Below, piece after piece: positions 1-12,300 of a stretch of 64,000 bases of DNA. Source of the stretch: Diplonema japonicum (lineage: Eukaryota; Protista; Euglenozoa: Diplonemea); contig OZ025651.1 of the NCBI GenBank assembly GCA_964019335.1, positions 682,001 through 746,000 of the forward strand, in the 5' to 3' direction. The notes under the pieces were generated by a model. The model worked only from the letters and a program-made list of their open reading frames with translations, was not told where the DNA came from and searched no databases. Position 1 is the stretch's first letter, and each line of letters begins with the position of its first letter. Both the position numbers and the translations under genes were made by a program.

Positions 1-114
1 TTTTCTTTTTTATATTTCACAACGCACATTTGTTTGTTGCAAAAAAATTCTTTTCTTTTTTTTTTTTTTTTTTTTTTTCCCCACTCCCCACTCCCACTTT
101 GTATTCTCTTTTTT

Positions 115-145
<31 letters not shown>

Positions 146-166
146 CTTCTCCCGGAAGAATAATAA

Positions 167-852
167 CGCTCCATATTCGCTAAGAGACCCACCAGAACCC
201 GCATTTTGAAGAGCTAAAAAAATTTCTAATTGCTTTTTCTAGGGTTGGAATGGATTTATTTGCGTCCGGGGCCCAATGTTCGACATATGGAATTTTTTTT
301 TGTAATAAAATTTTTTTTGGTGATTTGCCTTACTTTGTACTATACAAAATGAAGCAGCTCCGGTGGAAAAAACACGGCACAAGTGGGGTTCGAACCCTGA
401 TGAAAAAACCACTGCGTCGGGATTCGAACCCGCGACTCCTGGAACAAGGGGGCCTGACAGGTGAGCACGGTAACCACTCTACCACACAGGAATTCAAAAC
501 TCTGACCCCCCATCTTTACTCACGCATCCGGCATAGTGGGTGGAGTAGGTTCCCTTCTTACCCTGTTTACCATGTTTTTCAAAGGGAAAAGTGCCCAGTT
601 GCAAAAGTTTGGCAAAAATGGCCAAAACTCAAAATGGCGACTTCCAAGGTCATTTTGGTTGGCCCCCAATATTTTTTTTTTGGAAAAATCTTTTGGAACT
701 TCCTTGGAACTCACCGTTCTTTCATGTTCGACATATGGATTTTTTGAAAAAAAAAATTCAATGAACCTTTGGGCATTTTTGACATTTTTTCCCCTATAGC
801 CCCCTATAACCCCTTTGGGACATAGGGCGGGTCACTTAGCGAATATGGAGCG
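167..852. mobile_element. Non-autonomous DNA transposon (MITE) with 24-bp TIRs and TAA target duplication, PIF/Harbinger-like
   Basis: Left end CGCTCCATATTCGCTAAGAGACCC (167-190) is the reverse complement of GGGTCACTTAGCGAATATGGAGCG (829-852) with 1 mismatch. TAA flanks both ends (164-166, 853-855). Internal direct repeat ATGTTCGACATATGGA at 276-291 and 724-739. No transposase ORF. Superfamily inferred from the TSD only. Confidence 0.8.
403..491 (-). pseudogene. tRNA-derived (tRNA-Asp-like) sequence with Pol III A/B boxes inside the MITE
   Basis: Minus strand reads TCCTGTG-TGGTAGAGTGG (A box)...CTCAC-CTGTCA (GTC anticodon loop)...GGGTTCGAATCCCG (B box/T arm)-ACGCAGTGG-TTTTTT. The 3' side of the anticodon stem is disrupted, so it is unlikely to be a functional tRNA. 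Confidence 0.65.
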
Positions 853-917
853 TAAAAAAAAATCTTTTTTTTCAAACAGGCAAAAGAAATGTGGAGGGGG
901 TACAAAAGTAGAAAAAT

Positions 918-2125
918 ATGTCCTTAGTACAGCAGTTATCACCTTTGCAAAATTCGATGTCTTTGAGCAGCGGAAGTGGGATGATGGGGGGTTCTTCAAA
1001 GGGGAACACACCGTCGCAATCACCAAGGGAGAGCAGGGGGCCCTCGGTGAGGGTCGTCGCGCGTTACGCAATGGATGTCAGAGTCGGCAATAAATTCAGA
1101 ATTTTAGAAAAGCTGGGTGCTGGAAGCTTCGGGGAAATCTTCAAAGGAAGAAATATCCAAACAGGAGAGCTTGTCGCTGTCAAACTAGAACCCATCAACA
1201 CGAAGCACCCAATGCTCCTACCCGAGGCCCGACTCTACAAAATGCTGGGACCCGACGGTCCAAGAGGAACTAAATGCAATGTCCGAGATGCAGGTATCCC
1301 CCGTGTCCACTGGTACGGGTTGGAAGGAGATTTCAACGTCATGGTAATGGACCTCCTCGGCCCCAGCCTAGAGGATGTCTTCTCCTTCTTCAACAAAAGT
1401 TTCAGTCTAAAAACGATCCTGCACCTCGGGATACAGATGACTTCCCGGATTGAGTACATCCACTCCAAACACATGGTGCATCGCGATGTAAAGCCCGACA
1501 ACTTCCTCTTGGGAGTTGGCTCCAAGGCCTCCCTTGTATATGCCATTGATTTCGGTCTTGCGAAGCCTTACCGCGACCCTAAGACCCTCGAGCACATTTC
1601 TTATAGGTCGCAAAAACATCTTTTAGGGACTGCTCGTTATGCATCGCTGAACACCCACCTTGGTGTCGAGCAGTCTCGGCGGGACGACATAGAAGCTGTC
1701 GGGTACATACTTTTGTACTTTCTTCGGGGATGCTTGCCTTGGCAGGTGTGGGATTAAAAAGAACTTTAAAAAGAAAATTATATATACAGGGTATAAAGGT
1801 GCAGCGGGGTGGGAACCGCAAGGGGGAGACAAAGGAGAAACATCGCATCGTGAAGGATATGAAAGTTGCCATCACCCCTGAACAGCTGGGGAAAGGGTAC
1901 CCTCCAGAATTTGCAACATTCTTGAAGCAGAGCAGAAATATACGGTTTAACAACAAGGTACGGGACAAGGGGAGGGAAAAAAAATCACAGCCTAATTATG
2001 AGTATTTTCGGAATCTGTTGATCGATGTGCGCACCAGAGAGGGCATTGCTGATGACGGGGTGTTGGAATGGACTCCGAGCAAGGGCAATCCTACCATGGA
2101 GGGTAAAGACTCACCCAAGGGATGA
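918..2125 (+). CDS. CK1: Casein kinase I; join(918..1745,1790..1957,1991..2125)
   Basis: Motifs [30 protein letters not shown] and EQSRRDD. Splicing restores LPWQ|GIK and IRFNNK|PNYEY (CK1 consensus LPWQGLK and LRFDDKPDY). Confidence 0.95.
1746..1789 (+). other. Intron, 44 nt (CK1 intron 1)
   Basis: GTGTG...A-rich...TACAG. Removal joins two ORFs at the conserved PWQG. Confidence 0.95.
1958..1990 (+). other. Intron, 33 nt, in-frame and stopless (CK1 intron 2)
   Basis: GTACG...AAAAAAAATCACAG. Removal restores RFNNK-PNY. Confidence 0.85.
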
Positions 2126-2926
2126 ACTGGAAGACAAAAAAAAAAGAAAAAGAAAAAGAAGAAGTCACGTTGTTTTCCTTTTAGCCTTTTTTAACTAACT
2201 ATACCCACTTCCCCCCCCCCCCCCCCCCCCTTCTGTGAACAGAGCCATTTGACAATGATTGTTTGTGGGTTGAAAAGGGAGAGGGGTGAAGCAAAATATA
2301 CCCCCTTCTTGGAAGTACTTTTACGACGCAACGGGGTGGTGTGTTGTGTTCTTTTTTTTTTATTTATTTTTATTTTCCCATATTCTTGTTTTCCTTTACA
2401 AAACCCCTTACTTAAAAAACAAAGAAAGAAAAGAAAGAAACCAAAAAAAAAAAAAAAAAAGAAATACACACACAAAAAAAAAAAGCTACATAATCCAAAC
2501 AGCAAAATACTTTTTTTTAACTTCATTCCCGGGATCACGGTAAAAAAAAAGGGAAAAACCGCCTTGGGAAAAAAAAAATGAAAATTATAATTGGATAGGT
2601 GGGGGAATAGGTGAATGAAGTAAAAAAAAAACCCCCCCCTCTCCCCCTCCCCCCACACACACGTTGCTTTACAGCTGCATGCATTAAAAAAAAAACAGAA
2701 AAAATAAAGTTGAATTCTCTCCTCACCCCTCTTTTTTTTTTTTTTGCTGGAACAAGTAAACAAATTTTTGAAAAGAATTGTTATTGCAAAAAAGAGTAGA
2801 GACAGCTTGCCCGTTTATCCCTACTGTAGGTGAAAACGGCTTGCACAAACAATCAGCCGACTCTTTTTTTTTTACAATGTCACGAAAAAAAAACACTTTA
2901 AAAAAAAAGGTAACAGCAAATATCAT

Positions 2927-4781
2927 ATGTCAGCTCCGCAGTCCTCCTCGTCCCTTTATGTGGGCGATCTTGCCGGAGATGTTACGGAAGCAAACTTATT
3001 CGATGTGTTCAGGGAAGTTGGGCCTGTTCTCTCTATCAGAGTGTGCAGAGACGCAGTGACCAGAAGGTCGCTAGGGTACGCGTACGTGAACTTCCAAAGC
3101 CCGCTCGATGCGGAACGCACCATCGAGACCATGAACTTCTGCAAGATCAAGGCCAAGCCATGCCGTATCATGTGGTGTAAGAGAGACCCCTCCCTCCGTA
3201 AGAGCGGTGTCGGCAATATCTTCATCAAGAACCTTGCACACAACATCGACAACAAAGCCCTCCACGACACCTTCAGCGCCTTCGGTCAGATCCTCTCGTG
3301 CAAAGTGGTCCCTTCAGGCGAAGGTGAGAGGGATGGGAAGGGCTACGGGTTCGTCCACTTCGCGACACAGAACGCTGCGGACGAAGCAGTGGAGAAGGTC
3401 AACCAGATGCTTCTGAACGGCCACCAGGTGTACGTCGGGAAGTTCGAGAGGAAAGACAGAAAGATCGGGAACCTCTCAAAGACCTACACCAACTGCTATG
3501 TGAAACACTTCGACCCCAAAATCACCGACGAGGAGATGAAGAAGTTCTTCGAACGCTTCGGAAACGTCAACTCCGTCAAAATCCTGATCTCCGACGACGG
3601 CGAAGCGAAGGGCGTCGCATTCGTGGCCTTTACCGAACACACCGCCGCGCAGGACGCAGTGGACGCCACTCATGAATCGGAGCCCGAAGGTATTAAATTA
3701 AATATAAAAATAAAAATTAAAAAACAGGTATTGTGATGCCCGGGAAGAAGCTGTACGTGTCCCGCCACCAGAAGAAAGCGGAGCGCGAGCACCAGAAGAA
3801 GGCGGCGGCCAAGGAGCGTGCCACGCAATACATGAAATACGCGAACCTTTACATCAAGAACCTCGACGACAGCGTGAACAGCAACACCCTGAAGGAGGTC
3901 TTCAGTGAGTACGGCGACATCGTGTCCGCGAAGGTGATGTACGACAAGGCAGTGCACGTGAGCAGGGGTTTCGGGTTCGTCTGCTTCAAGGAGCAGGACT
4001 CCGCGAACAACGCGGCGACGGCGATGAACGGGAGGATCCTGTCGGGGAAGCCTCTGTACGTGGCAGTGGCACAGAGGAAGGACGCGAGAAAGGCACAGCT
4101 CGACCAAATGTACAGGACAGGCCGCCCTGGTTTCGCAACTCCCAACATGCAACAGGGTGCTCTTGGCGGCGGCGTCATGAACGCTCAACAGCAACAGCAG
4201 AGACTTCAGGCAGGCATGATGAACCCCAACATGCAGCGTGCTGGGATGTCCGGGATGGCAAGCGGCGTAGGAATGGGGGCAGGGCTCCCAGGGGCTAAGG
4301 GCGCCAACATGATGAGAACAATGCCCACTGGTAGAGGGCTTGGTGGGATGCCCGGGATGCCGGGTATGATGGGTCTTGGGATGCAGAGAATGCCTATGCC
4401 TCAGCAGATGCCTCAGCAGAGGCCTGCCCCTGTCGCGGCAGCGGCGGCTGCTGCTGCCACCAGGCTGCCTGCGCAGAGCATTCCTTCCTCTGTGGGTGTC
4501 GACCCTGCACGCCTTGCCACCATGTCCCAGGAGCAACAGAAGAACCTCCTCGGTGAGAAGCTGTTCGCTAGGATCAACGACATGAAGCCTGAATCGGCTG
4601 CAAAGATTACTGGTATGAATTGGGAATTTAAAAAAAAAAAAAAGAAAAAAAAAAAAAAAAAAAAAAAGGTATGCTTCTCGAGATGGACAACAGTGAAATC
4701 ATCAACCTGTTGGATTCCCCCGAGCTGCTGCAAAACAAGGTCACAGAGGCTGTTGCTGTGCTCAAGGAGCACAACCAGTAG
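2927..4781 (+). CDS. PABP: Polyadenylate-binding protein (4 RRM + PABC/MLLE); join(2927..3689,3728..4612,4669..4781)
   Basis: [26 protein letters not shown] and NLYIKNL. Splicing restores KITG|MLLEMDNSE of the MLLE domain, ending at TAG 4779-4781. Confidence 0.97.
3690..3727 (+). other. Intron, 38 nt (PABP intron 1)
   Basis: GTATT...AAAAAACAG. AGGTATT occurs at both junctions. Confidence 0.93.
4613..4668 (+). other. Intron, 56 nt, poly(A)-AG acceptor (PABP intron 2)
   Basis: GTATG...about 38 nt of almost pure A, then G. GGTATG occurs at both junctions. Removal restores GMLLE. Confidence 0.95.
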
Positions 4782-6313
4782 GTGGAGAAGGGAAATATAC
4801 AGATAAAAGGGGGGAAAAAAAAAAGAAAAAAAAAGAAAAGAGAGAGATGCTTCAAACTGAAAAAAAAGGGGGGGGATATCCTCTTTTAACTCACCCCTCT
4901 GAACGCTCAAATTTACCACCCGGCCACCTCCCCGGAATTTTCTTTTTTTATTCATTAAAAAAAAGAAGACATAGACGAAGAAGATGAAAAAAAAAAAAAG
5001 AAAAAAGCAAAACACCCCAGCCTTTTTATTTACCCTTCCCCCCTCTTTTGTTGGCGATGTCCAGTGGAGTTCATAGTTTCACTTGAGACATTTTTTGTTT
5101 TCTCTTTTTTTTTTTTTTTTTTTTTTCTTTTTTTTTCCATCACTTTTTTTTTTGACTTTCCCTCCCCATTCCCTTTACTTCCCCTTTTCCCAGTCTAACA
5201 CAGAAGATCTTCCCCTTCCCCCCCCTTTTTTAAAAAAATTAACTTGACAAAATTAAAAAAAAACTAAAAAAAGAAACCTTTAAAAAAAAAAAAACACACA
5301 ACACAAACGGGCGTGGCAAGAAGTGTATTTTTATATTTTTTCCCCACTTTTCTTTTTCTCCCCCTTTCCCCTCTTTTTTTTTATTTTGTGAATTTGTTGC
5401 GAACTTGATAGCGCGCTTGCAAATTCTTTTTTCTTTTCTTTTAGTTCGAAAAAAAAAAAAAAAAAACTTTAGGGGTAGGTGTGGGGTGGGCGGGCGGTGG
5501 GACCAACTAGGGGTATTTTTTTTTTTTTTGCTTTATTTATTTTATTTGTTTCCTTCACTCTCTCATATATTTTTTTTTATTAACTGTGCGGCAGTCCCGT
5601 CTCTTTGAGGAATAATTTGAAAGTGTTTATTTTTTGTTGTTGTTTTTGTACACTGGAAAGGAAAGAGAAAAGAGGGAAAAAAAAAGGAACAGCTGGGAAG
5701 AAATTTTAAAGCACTATGTATGGTTAGAGAAGCACAAAGGGTGCCCCCCCCTTTTTTTCCCCCTTTTTTTAAATTAATTCTTTCTGGTTTTTTTTTTGGG
5801 TGTGTTTTTCTTTCTTCCTATTTCCTCCCTCTTTAAGAAAAACCTGGATATTTAAAACGGACATAATAAAAAAAAAAGATGAAAATAATATAAAAAAGAG
5901 AGATAAAAACAACTCCTGAGATCGAGAGGAAAAAGAAGAAAAAAAAAGTGGGAGATGGGAATTCATTTAGTATATATTATGTGCCTCGAAGCCGCACCCA
6001 TCCTCTGTTTTCTTTTTTTTTTCCCTTTCCCCACCCCTATTCTTTGCTCCCTTTTTTTTTTTACCCACCCCAATTTTTTTTGTTGCCCTCCCCCTCTTTA
6101 CTCCTTCAGTATTCTCCTTTTTTTAATCCCCTTTCCCCCCCTCTCCTTTTTTTTGTTTTTTTTTACCCACGATTTTCTTTTCTTTTTTTTTTGAAAGGGG
6201 TACCTTTTTCTTTTCTTTTTGCCCCCCCCCTCCTCCCATCCCCTTGATTTTTTTTTTGCCTCCTGTCCCTTTTTCATTAAAAAAAAGTTGCTTTCTCCAA
6301 AAAAAAAAAAAAA

Positions 6314-9300
6314 ATGTTGCTGTCACAGCCAACTCTGCCTCGCACGGGGCTATTACCTAGAAGATTGGCAGCAGTCGATGCGGAAGCAGCAGCGGAAGGA
6401 ACAAAATGGCAACAACGGTCGAAAAGGAAAAAACTCCCAAGAGTACCGACGCATATAAAAAAAATCGCTTTGTTAGAAAAGGGCCTCCTCCTCCCCTGCG
6501 GCGCTACAGAAGTCGACCGAAAGATTCTGGACCCGAACAGCATTTTCCACTGGATCCACGTGCTCCAGCATGACGATGAAAGCACGGAACGAGATACTAT
6601 CTACTTCACAAGAAGCAAGTCGGACAAAATAGACTTTCGAGCCGTACCCCGTCACCTTGTGGACATCACAAATGTCACAAGGGTCGAGAGGCAGCATTTG
6701 ATCACCTTGGTGGACGGGGCCGTTGACACCGTCACCACCCTGAAAAACCTTGTTTCAGAATCGATGCTGTTGCTGCGAATCGACCGTATCCCGTTTTTCT
6801 CCTCCGCCCGGAAGCGCACCCTCACGAAGGTCTTCACAACGTGGGCGCAATTACGACGCGTCCGGACGTACCACGCAAGACGAACAGCTCTCCGATCCGC
6901 CCTTTTCCACCTCCACCCCGTTCTCCGAAAATGCATCAGAACGTGTAAAGAACATGCGGAGCAGATCAAATCAATTGCGCTCTTCGTGTGGGGGCCGTCT
7001 GAGACCAACACACTTGACAGCTTTACACAAGTGTTAACGGCGCACCGCAATGCGGCCATCACGAATGTCAGCCGAAAGATCGAAGACATTAAAGCAGCTG
7101 CCTTGGAATGCTGTTCTGAAGTATTTTACACCACACGCTTCGACGGGACGTCTCTTGAGTTCTTAGCCAACGCCATGCAGCACAACTGCTGCTGGAAGGG
7201 TGCCGTCGAGTCGAAGGCAGGGCTCATGCGGCGCACGCAGATGAACGCGCCGGCCGTAGAGCTAGGGCCGCCTGAGGGGTACGTCATCTCTTTCACAGAG
7301 CAGACCGCAGTGGTCACGCACACAATGCGGATCTTGCGCCTGTTCCGTCTGCTGGACCAGATGGCGACCGTTGCGCTTCATGAATCGTTGTTGGCCGCAG
7401 TCGTCAGCATAGCCGACGAGATACCCAACCCGCCTTGCTTCTTCCACACTATGCTTGCGGAACATGGGTTCGTCCTCTCTCTGGAGCCCCCGCCTATGCA
7501 CCTTGCCGACGTCATCACTTCGTACGTTGCGTCTCTTGTGCAGCACATGTCGCATGTTCCTGTCCTCGCTGCATACCCCGAGTTCGAGCAGCACGTCCAC
7601 CGTTTGCAAGAGGCCGCCCTTGATGGGGAACGCAGCGCAGAGTATAGCCAGCACCTCGTGTTGTCGGTCAAGGCCGCCGTCGAGGACGACCAGCGGTTCA
7701 CCAACGCGCTCGCCACGATCGAGGAAGGGGTCAGAAAGGCTGCCTCAGAAGTCACGTGTCACGTGCAATGCTACGTGCCTCTGATGGAGGACATGCGGCG
7801 GTGCTCTGAGTACACGATCGCCCCCACCGTGGACCCTCCGTTGTGGGAAACGTATGTCGATGACATCGAGTCCGTGAGGCGTACCATCAACAGCATGCAG
7901 GGCTCGCTGCAGGTGCGCTTCTTCGACATCGATGCTAGCATGCTGCAGGCTAAGCTGCTTCCCATGTTGGACACCGTGCTTGCTTGCTTCGCTGATGAGA
8001 TTCCAAAAGTAGCCGCAGTGGAAGTGGCATCTTTGTGCGATGAGCTTGTGGATGCAATGGCGCAGGTGGCAGCACGCCCCGAGACAGCCGTGGAACACCA
8101 CACTGTCATCAGAAGAATAATCAATGTGCAACAGAACCACTACCTCGTGGAGGCTAGGTACCTCAACTTGAAGGCTGCGTACGACGTGCTGCAACGCCTG
8201 CATGGCGAGTACAGCCAGTTGAACGACACCCACTTTGTCAGACTCACCACCACCTACCAGTCGTACACGACCATTCTATCTGGCCTTGAGGCTGATAAGG
8301 ACGCACTCTTATGCAGCTACCACAAGGTTTTCAAAGTACTGTCGAGAGAGTGGGATGCTGAAGTGAATGAAGTGCGGCTAGTTGTTGGAGCTAAGAAATT
8401 AGCGGTGGTAGGGGAGGACCCCGACGTGGCGCTCGGCGCACTGACGACAGCGCTGCAGACCCTCGCACAAATCCTTGAGTGCACTGAGCAGTGCAATGTT
8501 TTTCACAACGACATTGGGCTACCGGAAGATGATACCCATGCAGAGCAGGCCCTGAGAGAGGAGGCCAACCAACGTTACGTCATCTGGGAACTGTGGAAAG
8601 CTGTCTCTGAGTTAGACCGTCAGTGGAAGCAGGCCACTCTGTTCCAGGGTGAGCTGCGCGACATGGAACCTACGCTGGTGAGCTTGAAACAAAAATACCA
8701 GAAGCTGAACAGAGGAGGCCTCACGCACACCCCGCAGATCCTCAGCTCTGTACGTGACATCTTGCTCCAGTACACGAAGGTGCTTCCGGTGGTGACGGCC
8801 ATCTTACATGCAGACATGAAACCTGCACACTGGACACAGGTTGCCGGAATACTCGGAGTGGACACGGCGGAGAAGGACACTATCACAGTGGCGGACCTTT
8901 GCAGGCTAGACGCACAATGTTACGCGTCTGAAGTAGAAGCCGTAGCGCAGCGTGCCGGGACGGAGGAGAAAGTGAGAAGGTGCTTCTTTGAGTACAACGA
9001 GAAGTGGCAGGACGAGGAGGTTCCTTTCGCAACGTGGGACGGGCTGATGAAGTACCCTGTGTTCGGTGACTTGCTGGCGAAGAAGTGCGAGGCAGAAGAC
9101 ACGGTGGAGGTGCTGGCGTGCCTGAAGGGGAAAGGCTGCGCGGGAGTCGAACAACAGATAACGTGTTTAGCCCAGAAGTTGGTGGTTGTGGCACAAAACT
9201 TGCAGCTACTGCACGAGATGCAGGTGTTGTGGATGAGTTACGAGACAGTCTTTGCATCACCTGAGATGCAGCGAGTGACAGGTGGGTCGAAGGCCTTCAC

Positions 9301-12300
9301 CGACTACGACAGATGCTTCCGCGACATCGTCAAGAAAACCACCACAGCGGGAGCTTCACTGCTGCACCTATTGTGCGCTTCAGCAATAACTAAACAGCTG
9401 CAGCAGAACCTCTCTACGGCAGGTAAGCTTGCAGCGTGCGTCCAAGACTTCCTATCTGCTAGGAGGTCGGCCTGCCCAAGGCTCTGCCTCCTCGACGACA
9501 CCCAGCTTCTCTACGCAAGCGAATCTCACTTCAAGACACCCAATATGAACCAGATCCTGCAGCTCTTTGGTAATCACGTGGAGAATTTCAGCATCTCATC
9601 CGACGCCCTCTCTGGGTGCCAGCAGGTGAACGGCATCATCAGCCTTTTGGGTGACGAACTGCAACTAAGCTCCGTCCGAGTGAGGGGGCACCTGGACACG
9701 TGGGTCCCTGCCGTAGATGCTGCCATCAAAGACAGCGTGAAAGGACTCATCTTGCAAGGGATCGAGGAAGACAACGATGACCCTGTCCATCTGGCCACAG
9801 TGTACCCGTCGCACGTAGCGTTAGTTATCTGGAGAGTGCTGTATGGAAAGGTGCGGGGTGAGCGTAAGCAGAGGTTAGCTACGCAGAAAGAGAGCCTGGT
9901 GTTGGCCCTGCAGGGTGGGATGCATTCCTCTTGTGAGTTGACGTCACTCTCGAACTTATTATTAGTTATCGCACACCAGATGACTCTGGACGTGCAAAGT
10001 CCCTTGTTCACGCTTGGCACAGAGGGCACTGTGCGGATTGAGGTTGCGGGTGAAACTATCGCGTATGGCAATGACTTCACGAGCGCTGCCCTTCCTGAGC
10101 CCCTGCACGCGGGGTCTATGGAGCTGTTTGGAGAGATGGTGCGGGCGAGCTGTGGGGAGCATGCCCTGGGCGTGAACTGCTATACAAGAAGCGTAGAATC
10201 TGCCTGCCAAATAGCACAGTACACTGGTCGTGTGTTCTACAAAATACCCTACTGCAGTACTTGGAACCTCGAAGAGCTCACAAAAGGGACGGCGAGGCGC
10301 ATCCTGGGTGCTGTGCACTCAGGGTGGTGGGTGGTGGTGGAATGCTTGGAAAGGGCCACGCCGGCCCATGTGGAGGGCATATGTCAAGTGGTGCGAGCGG
10401 TGTGCGATCGGGAACTTGAGCGCCTTGCCGGGATGCCAGTGGGAAACCTGAACAGAGACACAATGCTGATCGTAGGTCAGCACACCGGTAGGGTTCCTAA
10501 AAGCCTCGTGGAGGCGTTTCGCGTGAGCTGCTGGATGAAGCCGCCGGTGCTGAAGGATCTACGTCTTGTAGGTGAGACCATTCTAGCAAAGGAGTCACGT
10601 GAGATCCTCATGTGCCTCACAAATGTGATAAAGTGCATCCAAACATGCTGCCAACTGTGGTCCGACCAGGGAGGTCCCACGCCGCTCTCCACTTTGCTGA
10701 CAGTGTTGAAAGTCTACCGATGCAGCAACGAGAACTCAGACCTGCGATACATTGCCAGCACTGTCCTCACCAACACGGCAAACGTTCTAAGCGTGGAAAC
10801 AGACGTTCAGACGGTGATACAGTCGCACTTATCAAACATCAGCAGCTCCATGAACCTGGCCGACGAAGGCCCCCCCAAAGCCTTGCTGCCAATCATCAAC
10901 TTGTCCCTCATGAGGTGCCTTACAAAGCAGCCCCTGTGTCTTGTGGGGGAGGTGGGCTCAGGAAAGACTCCTGTCATAAAATATGTTTCGCAACAAATAG
11001 ATGCAAGCAGGAAGACGGTGGCACCCTCTGCTGTCACTGCGCGAGAACTGTATGGATACACAAGCGTAGGAGGGGACTGGCAGGAAGGACTTATCCCGAA
11101 CATTGTTGTGTCTGCTTTGAAGAATAACCGCCACACTGCGATCGTCCTCGATGCCGACAACACAGGCGACTGGATGCAGGACCTAATCCCGTGCTTTCAC
11201 AGCAGCCCTTCCCTCTACGCCTCCCCGCGTGACGGCTTTGTAACGTGGAATGAAGGGATCCAGTTTATTCTCGAGTGCCGCTCGCTGGGTTGTTGCCGCC
11301 CTGGCTTCCTCGAAGTGCTGTTCGTGGTGTCCTTCGAGACGGTTGTAATGCCTGCCGAGAAGGTTGTTTTATGGGCCGTGCAGAGCTACCTCAACAAGGT
11401 TGGCTGCGAACACTACACTGACCCCTACGTAGGCGACGTGCTGCTGCGGGTTGTCTCAGACCTCACCCCCCATGCCGACGGGGCTGCGTTAGCCTCTCTC
11501 GAATCTGGTTGGCAGGTTGCCCCCACCTCACGCAAGGTGTTGCTTTCTCGCGTTGGCTCCCTCTTCGCAACGCTGCTGCGGGGGCTCAACATCGATTCCA
11601 GTGAGTTCCGCAAACGTTGCGACGAGTGCATGTGGTTCGCCATCACGTGGGGCGTGGGTGGGTCATGCATACCGAGCAATAGGGACAAGCTACTTGCAAG
11701 CCACCTGAAGCCTTCGCAGAGGAACTACTTTGAAGTAGACGTCGACGGCGTCCCTTGGGGAACACGCGTTGTGAAAAGCTCCATGCTGCACGAGAATGCC
11801 GACGTGGTGCGCTGCAGGGAGGTGGCCGCGTTGTACCAGAAGTCAACTGTTGGCGTATGCGTGCTTGGTGCCCGTAGGTCGGGGAAAACCACTAGAGTAA
11901 AGGACCTGCTCAGGTACGTGGAGTCGAGTGTCGCAGGGGTTACGGGGCACGGGCATCACATTGACGACGCACGACACGTGTACACAAAAGTGCGGACAGC
12001 AGCTGAGAAGAAGTCGCTGCTTATGATAGTAGTTGAGGACATGGGACTGTGCACACCCGCCTTGCACGAGACTGTCAGGGAGGTGGTGTCCTTGGGAGTG
12101 GGGAGGAGCAAGAAGGGTACACTCTGGGATCTGCCTGCCAATGCACCGAAACCGTGTCTGATAGCCACACTAGCGACACCCACAGGGCTGTACCCTGCCA
12201 CGTTGCTAGCGAAGATGGGCATCCTGCACATCGACGACACAAATCCTCAAGGGGCCTTGCAGCTGTGGTGTGTGCACCTCCTGAACAACATAATGGACGG

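Noticed and set aside
403-491. Functional tRNA-Asp gene
   Set aside because: Anticodon and acceptor stems pair poorly even when a canonical intron is allowed, and the sequence lies inside a MITE.
2191-6458. Poly-Phe/poly-Lys ORFs in spacers and antisense ORFs over genes
   Set aside because: These are by-products of homopolymer runs and GC-rich codon usage, with no domain signal.
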